DNA from: an uncultured Gemmatimonadales bacterium
GTDB taxonomy: Bacteria; Gemmatimonadota; Gemmatimonadetes; Gemmatimonadales; Gemmatimonadaceae
Direction of reading: 5' to 3'
DNA length: 64,000 bases
Assembly: GCA_963707505.1 (NCBI GenBank)
Contig: CAVPQB010000003.1
Location: forward strand, 288,001 to 352,000
Of this stretch, positions 19,510 through 27,891 are shown in pieces; the stretch's first letter is position 1, and every line of letters begins with the position of its first letter. A program made the position numbers and the translations under genes. Below the pieces are notes generated by a model. The model was given only the letters and a program-made list of their open reading frames with translations. It had not been told where the DNA came from and searched no databases.

Positions 19510-21456
19510 CTAGCGGCCACCGCCGCGCAGCAGCTCGCGCACAAGGTCGAGCAGCGCGGCGGGTAGATGTTCCGGATTGCGTAGAATCGTGTGTCCCGCC
19601 GCACCGAACACTCGTGCGAGATACGGATCCGGATCGTTCGCGTCGATGGTCAGGCAGAACGGATAGATCCCGTCAGCGCGCGCCTCGAATATCGCCTGTC
19701 GCGAATCCTCGACCGCGTACGTGGTGAAGTATCGATCCACGTCGTTCGGCTTTCCATCCGACAGGATCAACAGCAGGCGATGACCAGCCGGTTGCGCGGC
19801 GAGCAGCGCCGTCGCGTGACGAATCGCGGCGCCGAGCCGGGTATTCCCGCCGGCCTCGATTCCGGCGATGCGCTGTCGAACCGTTTCGCTGTTCAATTCG
19901 CCGAACGCCTTCAATGTCGCGATGCGTACGTCGGGCGCGCCAACACCAGAAAAACTGAGAATCGAATAGGAATCGCCGAGCGCATCGAATGCCTCGCTCG
20001 CGATGAGCAGAGTCGTTTTCTCGATGTCGATAACACTGCGTCCGTCAGTAACGACGTCCCTTGTGGATGCGCTCACATCAAGGAGAACGGTGATCGCTAT
20101 CGCGCGTCGCGCAGCGCGAACCGACATGTACAACCGATCATCGGACGAACCACCGGCCGCCGCATCCGCGAGCGCGCGCACGCAGGCAGCAAGGTCGAGC
20201 TCATCGCCCTCCCGCTGCCGAAGCATGCGCTCTCGTCGCGCCCTGAGTCGCTCGAACTCGCGCCGCACTCGCCGCACCAGTGCCGGATGCTCGCCGAGCA
20301 CGCGATCGGCCCACGCGACATCCCCCTGCGCCGCGCGTTGCGTGTGTACTACGGCGCCGAGTTCGCGGTATGCTGCCGCGTTGCAATCCCACTCGGGGTA
20401 CAGGATCCCATCACCCGATCGCGACGCCTCGAATATCGCGGCGTCCGTAACATTCAGTGCGCCAGTACGTCTCGCGCTACCGCTGTCAGCATCGGGATCG
20501 GAATTGCCGCTCGCAGCCGCACCATCCGGAGCCATCGCATGATCGGGGTCATCCTGAGCTACAGAATTGTCCGGCAATTTGGCTGCATCGTCGCCGGTTG
20601 GTGTGAGCTCCTGAACCGTATCGTCAGCACCGGCCGCAGGGGCAGCGCTTTCTCCCGAACCGTAGCCTGGACTCGGTGGAACGAGCGACCCATACTGCGG
20701 GCCCCGGGTCGCCCCTGTCTCGGTGGCGTCGAGCGTCTGTCCCCATACTGCTATCGGTTCGAGCGGGCGATACTGACCGGTGAGCGACTCGACTGCACGC
20801 GTACGAGCGCGTGCCCACGCGAGTGAATCTTCGGGAGATGCGCCGGCGCGGACCTCTTCGGGAATTTCGGCCGGATCCGACTTCAGTACTGCCTGAACGA
20901 GCTGTTCGACTGCCTGCTCACGCGCACTCAGTCGGGAAAGATTGGGGCGCGCAGCAACGGCGCGCGCGCGTTCTTCCGCGATCAGCGATGCAACACCGGG
21001 CGCGCTGGTCGCAATCGATGCATCGATCTCTGCACCTTCACGCAGATTGTAGAGGTCTCGCGTGATCGCATTGTTGGCCGTCGGTGCGAGCGCGGCGCTT
21101 CGGCGCATGATGCGCACCGCCTGTTCGATCGCCAGCAACCGGTAACGCGCGACCGCGGCATCTGCGCCATCGGACGCGTCCATCGTGGCAGGTAACTTGA
21201 TCGACACTCCATCGTGTCGCGCCATCGGGCGTCGCCTTCCGACGTGAAACGTGTTTCGCGGAGTGTCATCCGCTACCGGCGCGATCTCGAATCGCACGCC
21301 ATAAGTTGCCGCGAGCAACAGCTCCAGCCGCCGCCGCACCGTGTCGAGCGCGATCTCGGGGTTCGTGCGCATCGCGCGCACCCAGCTTGCGGCACTCGCA
21401 ACGGGTCGTCCCAGCTTGCGAGACGACTTGATCATCAATGCGCGCATCCGATTCAC
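19510..21456 (-). CDS. NorD/CbbO-like von Willebrand A domain protein
   Basis: YPEWD, EGDELDLAA, MIDAS DVSAST, NTRLGAAIRHA, LSDGKPND. Confidence 0.9.
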   Translation of the reverse strand: MNRMRALMIKSSRKLGRPVASAASWVRAMRTNPEIALDTVRRRLELLLAATYGVRFEIAPVADDTPRNTFHVGRRRPMARHDGVSIKLPATMDASDGADAAVARYRLLAIEQAVRIMRRSAALAPTANNAITRDLYNLREGAEIDASIATSAPGVASLIAEERARAVAARPNLSRLSAREQAVEQLVQAVLKSDPAEIPEEVRAGASPEDSLAWARARTRAVESLTGQYRPLEPIAVWGQTLDATETGATRGPQYGSLVPPSPGYGSGESAAPAAGADDTVQELTPTGDDAAKLPDNSVAQDDPDHAMAPDGAAASGNSDPDADSGSARRTGALNVTDAAIFEASRSGDGILYPEWDCNAAAYRELGAVVHTQRAAQGDVAWADRVLGEHPALVRRVRREFERLRARRERMLRQREGDELDLAACVRALADAAAGGSSDDRLYMSVRAARRAIAITVLLDVSASTRDVVTDGRSVIDIEKTTLLIASEAFDALGDSYSILSFSGVGAPDVRIATLKAFGELNSETVRQRIAGIEAGGNTRLGAAIRHATALLAAQPAGHRLLLILSDGKPNDVDRYFTTYAVEDSRQAIFEARADGIYPFCLTIDANDPDPYLARVFGAAGHTILRNPEHLPAALLDLVRELLRGGGR

Positions 21457-21464
21457 AGTCGCAC

Positions 21465-22286
21465 CTACATCGTCGTGTCGATGATGTCGCCGATCGCGGA
21501 GAGCAGATCAGAGTCGTCCGTCAGCGCGGCGCCGATCGCAACCTGGCACGCACGTCCGCTCGGAATTCCCTCCGCAATCAATCGTCCCGCCGAAACGAGC
21601 AATCTCGTGCCAGGACCTTCCGCGAGTCCCTGATCGCGCAACCGGCGGACGCGATGCGCGACTTCGACCAGCGACGCTGCAACGGACGACTTCACGCCGC
21701 TCTCGTGCGCGATGATTCTTGCCTCGACCGCCGCTGCCGGATAACCGAAATCCAGCGAAACGAAGCGTTGCCGAGTGCTCGGCTTCAGGTCCTTGATCGC
21801 GTGCTGATAGCCCGGATTGTAGGACGCGACTAGTTGGAATCCGGGCGCCGCAACGATCATCTCGCCGGTCTTGTCGATCGGCAGAAGTTTACGATCGTCC
21901 GTGAGCGGATGAATCACGACGACCGTATCCTCGCGCGCCTCGACTACCTCATCGAGATAGCAGATCGCGCCGATTCTGGCGGCGACGGCGAGCGGTCCGT
22001 CCACCCACACCGTTTCTCCGCCGCGGATGAGGTACCGTCCGGTGAGATCGCTCGCCGAAAGGTCGTCGTGGCAGGCGACGGTTACGAGGGGGCGGTCCAA
22101 TCGCCACGCCATGTGCTCGACGAAGCGCGTCTTTCCGCACCCGGTTGGACCCTTGAGCAGCACGGGAAGACCGCGCCGGTGACACCGCTCGAATATCTCG
22201 ACCTCGTGGCCGACAGCCACGTAGTACGGTTCCGTACTCGGCGCGGCACTGGAGGGCGCGGCGACCGATGATTCAGAGATCGTCAT
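21465..22286 (-). CDS. CbbQ/NirQ/NorQ family AAA+ ATPase
   Basis: GPTGCGKTRFVE, CYLDEVVEAR, YNPGYQ, KDLKPSTRQRF. Confidence 0.95.
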   Translation of the reverse strand: MTISESSVAAPSSAAPSTEPYYVAVGHEVEIFERCHRRGLPVLLKGPTGCGKTRFVEHMAWRLDRPLVTVACHDDLSASDLTGRYLIRGGETVWVDGPLAVAARIGAICYLDEVVEAREDTVVVIHPLTDDRKLLPIDKTGEMIVAAPGFQLVASYNPGYQHAIKDLKPSTRQRFVSLDFGYPAAAVEARIIAHESGVKSSVAASLVEVAHRVRRLRDQGLAEGPGTRLLVSAGRLIAEGIPSGRACQVAIGAALTDDSDLLSAIGDIIDTTM

Positions 22287-22373
22287 GGTGCCCTCAAGCT
22301 ATTGGGGCGCCGTGGGTTACGGAACACGCGGCGTGTAATGGGAATGTTTGTTGCGCGTGTTACATTGCGGATC

Positions 22374-24236
22374 ATGTCCGAGCGAGCGCGCCGCCCTGCC
22401 GTAATCTTCGCGGAACGAGCCCATCTCGCAGTCGAGCGCACGTGGGCCGCGATCACGGCGTGGTTCAATGGCAAGGCGTTGAGCGAGAACGCAGTTCTGC
22501 TCATCTTCGCCGTCGTCACGGGGCTTCTGAGCGCACTCGGCGTCGTCGCGTTCTACAAGAGCATCGATCTCGCGTACTGGGTTTTCTACCGTCTCCCGAC
22601 GGCGGAATTCCCGCGCTTTGCGCTGCTCACGTATCGGCCCGTGATAACCGCGGCCGGTCTCGCCGTCGCGTGGTGGGTGATGCGCCACATCGGCCGCGGA
22701 CATGAAGGAATGAACGTCCCCGACGTGCAGCTTGCGGTCGTCCGGCGCGGCGGGCGACATCGAGCCCAGACCGGCGCTCGCGCGCACCGCCGCGAGCGCA
22801 ATCACTATCGGTTGCGGCGGCTCCGCCGGAAACGAGGGGCCGGTCGTCGTGCTCGGTGCGATGATCGGATCGTGGCTTGGACGCACCTTTCGCTTCGCCC
22901 CGTCGCGAGTCGTGGTGCTGGTCGGATGCGCGACGGGAGCCGCCATCAGCGCGGCATTCAATGCGCCACTTGCAGGCGCGTTCTTCGCGCTCGAAGAAGT
23001 CGTCGGCACGCTCGCCGCTGGATCGTTCGCTCCGGTAGTCGTCTCGAGCGTCGTCGCAGCCGTGGTATCGCGCTCCGTATTCGGAAACCACCCCGCGTTC
23101 GCGATTCCGCGGCAGTACGGATACGCGCATGCGAGCGAGCTGCTGCTGCTCTATCCGCTGCTCGGAGTCGTATGCGGACTGATCGCCGCGTTGTACGTAC
23201 GCACGTACTTTGGCGTCGGCGACCTTCAGAAGAAGATTCCACTTCCGCCCTCGCTCATCCCATGGGTCGGCGGTGCTCCGTTGGCATTCTCGTCTTCCTG
23301 TCCGGTGGCAGAATCGTTGGCTACGGACACCTCGCGATGCACGCCGACGTGTTCGGCCAGCTGGCATGGTATGCTCTGCTCGCGCTCGCGGTGGGGAAGA
23401 TCGTGGCCACGGCGATCACGCTCAACATGGGCGGATCGGGCGGAGTGTTCACGCCGTCGCTGTACATCGGTGCCGCGACCGGCGGCGCGTTCGGCGTGGC
23501 GCTGTCCGGAGCGTTTCCGGCCCTGGGGCTGCACCCCGAAGCGTACGCACTCGTCGGGATGGGCGCGCTCATCGCCGGCGCGACCGACGCTCCGATCACC
23601 GGAATACTGCTCGTATTCGAGATGACGAACGACTACGCGATAGTGATTCCGTTGATGTTGACCGTCGTCATCACGCACACCATCGCGCGCAGGCTCAGTG
23701 CCGACTCACTCTACAGCGGCTGGCTGCGCCGCCGCGGAGAGTCCATCGAGCAGGGCGCCGATCGAGACGTGCTCGCCGGCCTGCACGTGTCCGATGCGTA
23801 CGAATCGGCACCGCAGGTAATCTTCGAGGGCGCCGCTGTCGACGAGCTGCTCGCGCATCTGGGCAATACTCGCCAGCTGTACTTTCCGGTCGTTGACGAA
23901 TCGTACGGGCTCGTGGGCGTCATAACGGTCGCGGACCTGGGCCAGCTCGCGCGCGACGACGAGCATCTCGGCCCGCTGCTGGTAGCGAGCGACATCGCAC
24001 AGCCGTCAGAGACTGTTTCGCCGGGCGATTCGCTGCTCGAAGCCATTCGGAAGATGGGCATCCGCGGAGCAGAATCGATTCCGGTGGTGGACCGGCACAC
24101 GAGTCGCCTGCTCGGCATCATCAACCGAAGTCACGTGCTCAACCTCTACGAGCGCACCGTGTCATCCCTGCGCCGGCACGCGCATCAGCCCGCCAGCAGC
24201 GCCAACGCTTCGTCCGGCGGAATGTCGCCGAAGTAG
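22374..24236 (+). CDS. ClC chloride channel/antiporter with two CBS domains; frameshifts near 22755 and 23275
   Basis: GSAGNEGP and FNAPLAG in ORF 22732+; GGSGGVFTP, FEMT and the CBS tail in ORF 22302+. Confidence 0.9.
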   Translation: MSERARRPAVIFAERAHLAVERTWAAITAWFNGKALSENAVLLIFAVVTGLLSALGVVAFYKSIDLAYWVFYRLPTAEFPRFALLTYRPVITAAGLAVAWWVMRHIGRGHEGMNVPDVQLAVVRRGGRHRAQTGARAHRRERNHYRLRRLRRKRGAGRRARCDDRIVAWTHLSLRPVASRGAGRMRDGSRHQRGIQCATCRRVLRARRSRRHARRWIVRSGSRLERRRSRGIALRIRKPPRVRDSAAVRIRACERAAAALSAARSRMRTDRRVVRTHVLWRRRPSEEDSTSALAHPMGRRCSVGILVFLSGGRIVGYGHLAMHADVFGQLAWYALLALAVGKIVATAITLNMGGSGGVFTPSLYIGAATGGAFGVALSGAFPALGLHPEAYALVGMGALIAGATDAPITGILLVFEMTNDYAIVIPLMLTVVITHTIARRLSADSLYSGWLRRRGESIEQGADRDVLAGLHVSDAYESAPQVIFEGAAVDELLAHLGNTRQLYFPVVDESYGLVGVITVADLGQLARDDEHLGPLLVASDIAQPSETVSPGDSLLEAIRKMGIRGAESIPVVDRHTSRLLGIINRSHVLNLYERTVSSLRRHAHQPASSANASSGGMSPK

Positions 24237-25183
24237 TTGTCCAGATCCACACCAGATAGCGCGCCGGCGATCGACGCGTAGTCGTACGGAACACCGAGCA
24301 TCAACGCCTCCAGCTCGGTTACATCCTCCCGGCCCATGAAATCGCCGAAGATACGCGCCGCGGCGACACGTCCACCCTCGACGTTCACGCGTACATCGAT
24401 CTCTCCCGCCGTGAACCGGTGCGCACGCTGGACATTGCAGGGCGGGTTCTCCCCATAGTTCCAGTCCCACGATCCGTACTTCCGCTTTACGAGCGCATCC
24501 ACTTCAGCCCAGTCGGAATCGTCCAGCTCGAGCGTCGGGATCCTGCTTCGGTCACGCGTTCCGAAGATCCGCTCGATGATCAGCTCGCGCAGCTCCGTGA
24601 CGGTGATGGGCTCTTTGAGAAACTCACTTATGTTCACGACGCGGCTCCGGATCGACTTCACTCCTTTGGACTCGACCTTGCCAGGCTTCGGCACCAGTGC
24701 GGCGGTGACATCGTCGAGGTTCGAGTCGAACAGCAGCGTACCGTGACTGAACATCCGGTCCGGGCGCGCGAACTGCGCGTTTCCGGAAATCTTTCGGCCA
24801 CCGGCGAGAATGTCGTTTCGCCCGCCCAGCTCCGCTGGAACACCAAGATCGTGCAGCACGTCGATGACCGGACGAGTGAAAAGCTCGTATCGATTGAAGC
24901 GGCCGTGCACCGACGGTGTCATGAAGCTGAAGTTCAGGTTGCCGAGGTCGTGGTACACCGCCCCACCGCCTGAAATACGGCGCACGACTGTAATACCGCG
25001 CGCCGCGACGACCGACGGATTTACCTCCTCGATCGTATTCTGGTTCCGTCCGATGATGATGGACGGTGCGTTGATGTAGAACAGCAGGTAATCGTCGCTG
25101 CCCATCCGGTTGCGGAGCACGTGCTCCTCCAGTGCCAGATTGACACGAGCGTCGGTGATGTCACGATTATCGATGAACAGCAT
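24185..25183 (-). CDS. lplA: Lipoate-protein ligase A
   Basis: NLALEE, IGRNQN, RRISGGGAVYHDLGNLNF, GRND, KISGNAQ, SHGTLLF, WNYG. Confidence 0.95.
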   Translation of the reverse strand: MLFIDNRDITDARVNLALEEHVLRNRMGSDDYLLFYINAPSIIIGRNQNTIEEVNPSVVAARGITVVRRISGGGAVYHDLGNLNFSFMTPSVHGRFNRYELFTRPVIDVLHDLGVPAELGGRNDILAGGRKISGNAQFARPDRMFSHGTLLFDSNLDDVTAALVPKPGKVESKGVKSIRSRVVNISEFLKEPITVTELRELIIERIFGTRDRSRIPTLELDDSDWAEVDALVKRKYGSWDWNYGENPPCNVQRAHRFTAGEIDVRVNVEGGRVAAARIFGDFMGREDVTELEALMLGVPYDYASIAGALSGVDLDNYFGDIPPDEALALLAG

Positions 25184-26561
25184 CAAGTTGGTCGAAGAGG
25201 TCGAGCTTCATCAGCGTAGTTGATTCGGAGCACGCACCCTGAAACTCCGAAGTCGCAGCGAGCGCCGCCGGAATGCCCGAGCGTGCACTTTCCACGAAGC
25301 CCCAGCGTGCAAAATATTGCTCCGCGGAAGGCGTAAGAAGATAGATGCTACGAATCTTCATGCTCCGCGCATCTTCGATCGCCAGTGCGACGAGCCGCCG
25401 TGCCACGCCGTTCTTCCGATGCGCAGGGTGTACTCCCACCGAGCGAAGCAGCACAGCGTTCGAGTCAGCGAGCTCGAGCCCCGTCACGCCAATCACGGCG
25501 CCATCGTGCGTCGCAACGATGAAATTGCGCAGGTCTTCCGGAACACCGGCGATCGGCAGCCCGAGATTCGTGAGAAGACTCTCTACCGCAGGTCTGTCGC
25601 CCGCCTCTGCAGAGCGGTACACGATGCTTCTGGTCGACTTCGGTGTCATTGCAACTGGTGCCTCTTCATTTGTCCCGCAGCAGTCAGGGCCGCAGCACGC
25701 CCTGGTCTCCGCATCTGGCAGCGGCTTGGTCGCGCGTACGAATCCACTGAAGAATTTACCATCTATCTCGCGCGCAAACGACTCCGCATCCAGTCCGCTT
25801 CCCGCCAGAAACGCCATCGCATCGTCCGAGCTGTAAAATCGCGTCGGCTCGATGCTTGGCTCATCGAAACCAGAGTCGCGCAGCAGCGTCAGAAATTCCT
25901 GCTCATCGAGCGCACCGGCGACGCAACCGATCCAGAGCTCCATGTTCCGTCGCACAGCAGGTGGAACCTCGCCGCGGACCACGACGTCCGAGACGGCAAG
26001 TCGTCCGCCGGGCTTGAGCACACGATAGGCCTCGGCGAGCACACGCTTCTTGTCCGCAGAGAGGTTGATCACGCAGTTGGAGATGATGACGTCGACACTG
26101 TTGTCCGGGAGCGGGATCTGCTCGATCTCGCCTCGCAGAAACTCGACGTTGTCCGCGCCGGCCTTGCGCTTGTTCTCGTTCGCCAGCGCCAGCATCTCGT
26201 CGGTCATGTCGAGCCCGTAAGCCTTGCCGGTTGGTCCGACGCGCTTCGCCGAGAGCAGAACATCGATTCCACCGCCAGAGCCGAGGTCGAGCACTGTCTC
26301 GCCAGCGTTCAGCTGCGCCAGCGCTGTCGGATTTCCGCATCCAAGTGACGCGAGAAGCGCTTCCGTCGGAATCCCCGCGGTCTGTCCTTCGTCGTAGAGG
26401 TCGGACGTTATCGGATCCCATGCCTCGGTCGTCGATCCGCAGCACGCGCTCGAGCCGCAGCACGATCCCGACGTGTTGCCGGCCGCCACTCGCGACGCGG
26501 CGGCGCCGTACTTCTCCCGGACGCTCGCCCTGAGCAGCTCGCGATCAGTCACCGTTTCCAT
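25167..26561 (-). CDS. arsM: Arsenite S-adenosylmethyltransferase ArsM fused to an ArsN2-like GNAT acetyltransferase
   Basis: ArsM cysteines in SCCG, LGCGNP, SNCVIN and GCVAGA, plus LDLGSGGG. After CCGPDCCG follows a GNAT domain (LLRSVGV, YLLT, SEFQGAC). Confidence 0.9.
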   Translation of the reverse strand: METVTDRELLRASVREKYGAAASRVAAGNTSGSCCGSSACCGSTTEAWDPITSDLYDEGQTAGIPTEALLASLGCGNPTALAQLNAGETVLDLGSGGGIDVLLSAKRVGPTGKAYGLDMTDEMLALANENKRKAGADNVEFLRGEIEQIPLPDNSVDVIISNCVINLSADKKRVLAEAYRVLKPGGRLAVSDVVVRGEVPPAVRRNMELWIGCVAGALDEQEFLTLLRDSGFDEPSIEPTRFYSSDDAMAFLAGSGLDAESFAREIDGKFFSGFVRATKPLPDAETRACCGPDCCGTNEEAPVAMTPKSTRSIVYRSAEAGDRPAVESLLTNLGLPIAGVPEDLRNFIVATHDGAVIGVTGLELADSNAVLLRSVGVHPAHRKNGVARRLVALAIEDARSMKIRSIYLLTPSAEQYFARWGFVESARSGIPAALAATSEFQGACSESTTLMKLDLFDQLDAVHR

Positions 26562-26575
26562 GTGTACATCCTCAT

Positions 26576-26591
26576 ATCAAAAAATGTTGAT
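26576..26591. promoter_or_regulatory. Putative ArsR operator ATCAA-N6-TTGAT upstream of arsM
   Basis: ATCAA aaaatg TTGAT; same motif as upstream of arsR. Confidence 0.75.
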
Positions 26592-26608
26592 GGATTGGTC
26601 AAAAAAAA

Positions 26609-26959
26609 TCAGTCACAGCACTCATTTTGTCGGCCACTGGCCGCGACCCGAACGGAGGGGCGCCGCCCGCGTGGGCGAAGCTCGCGGACCATCTCTTCAG
26701 CCTCCTCGAATGCTTCACGGTTCAGCTCGTAGTACGACCAGCGTCCATCACGCCGGTCGTTCACGATGCCGGCATCCTTGAGCACCTTGAGATGGAACGA
26801 CAGCCGCGACTGCGCCGCGTCGAGAGTGTCCTGCAACTCGCAAACGCAGCGCTCACCGCCCACCAGCAGCTCGACTATGCCGATGCGCGTCTCGTCCGAA
26901 AGCGCGTGGAATATTTGCGCTGCGCGAGCGCTGAAGTGCTGAGGGGCCTGAGCTGGCAT
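26609..26959 (-). CDS. arsR: ArsR/SmtB family repressor
   Basis: ALSDETR, ERCVCEL (alpha3 CxC), QSRLSFHLKVL, C-terminal CC. Confidence 0.93.
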   Translation of the reverse strand: MPAQAPQHFSARAAQIFHALSDETRIGIVELLVGGERCVCELQDTLDAAQSRLSFHLKVLKDAGIVNDRRDGRWSYYELNREAFEEAEEMVRELRPRGRRPSVRVAASGRQNECCD

Positions 26960-26965
26960 GACATT

Positions 26966-26993
26966 AACGTATCAACATTTATTGATATGTCAA
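26966..26993 (-). promoter_or_regulatory. arsR sigma70-type promoter (TTGACA-N16-TACGTT) with ATCAA-N6-TTGAT operator in the spacer
   Basis: Minus strand TTGACA tatcaataaatgttga TACGTT aatgtc ATG; palindrome TATCAA-N6-TTGATA at 26970-26987. Confidence 0.75.
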
Positions 26994-27024
26994 GAACCGG
27001 TATTTCGAACGGGCGCGGACCGGG

Positions 27025-27735
27025 TCAGCCGCGCGGCGGGGGGATTGGTGGCGCCAGATAGTCCGTGAACCAGCGGCGTGCGAGGTTAGCGACGGCATCG
27101 AGGGCGCCGCGCTCCTCGAACAGGTGAGTCGCGCCGGGGACGATCTCCAGCCGTACCGCGCCACGCATCTGTGTCATCGCCGCGCGGTTGAGACCGATTA
27201 CCTCTTCGTCGTTCCTGCCGACGATCAGCAGCGTCGGAGCGCGGACGGCGGCGAGCGCATCACCGGCCAGGTCTGGACGGCCGCCGCGCGACACGACCGC
27301 GTGTACCTTGTCAGGCCGGCGCGCGGCGGCAATCAACGCAGCGCCAGCGCCGGTGCTCGCTCCGAAGAGTCCCACTGGTAGCGCTCTCGTCAGCTCCTGA
27401 TGCGCGAGCCAGCCAATGGCATCCACCAGCCGGTGCGCCAACAGCTGAAGATCGAAGCGAAGCTCACGCGCGCGCAGATCCACGGATTCCTCGTCCGGTG
27501 TCAGCAGATCGAGCAGCAACGTTGCGAAGCCGGATTCGCGCAACCTGTCAGCAACGAATCTGTTGCGAGGACTGAAGCGGCTGGAACCGGCGCCATGGGC
27601 GAAAAGGATGACACCACTCGGGAAAGTTCCGGTTGGCGTTGGGATCGCCAGGGTTCCGCCGAGCGTGGCGCCGCCTGCGGCTACATGAACCGCAAGCTCG
27701 TCGGGTGGCTCATCCGTGCGCGGATCCACACGCAC
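27025..27735 (-). CDS. Dienelactone hydrolase-like alpha/beta hydrolase
   Basis: FAHGAGSSRFSPRN, GLFGASTG, VSRGGRPDLA, GATHLFEE. Confidence 0.88.
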   Translation of the reverse strand: MRVDPRTDEPPDELAVHVAAGGATLGGTLAIPTPTGTFPSGVILFAHGAGSSRFSPRNRFVADRLRESGFATLLLDLLTPDEESVDLRARELRFDLQLLAHRLVDAIGWLAHQELTRALPVGLFGASTGAGAALIAAARRPDKVHAVVSRGGRPDLAGDALAAVRAPTLLIVGRNDEEVIGLNRAAMTQMRGAVRLEIVPGATHLFEERGALDAVANLARRWFTDYLAPPIPPPRG

Positions 27736-27891
27736 GCGTGTCGCCCCTTACGCCTTCGCTGGCCGCTGCCCTGCGTGCCATCAGGCCTCCGGTGGAATCG
27801 AGACTTGGCGCCGGCATCAATATCGGGCGAGTCGGCGCCATCGCTGAATCAGCGCATGGTGCGGGCCAAAGAGATCGGGAAGGCGGGATAG

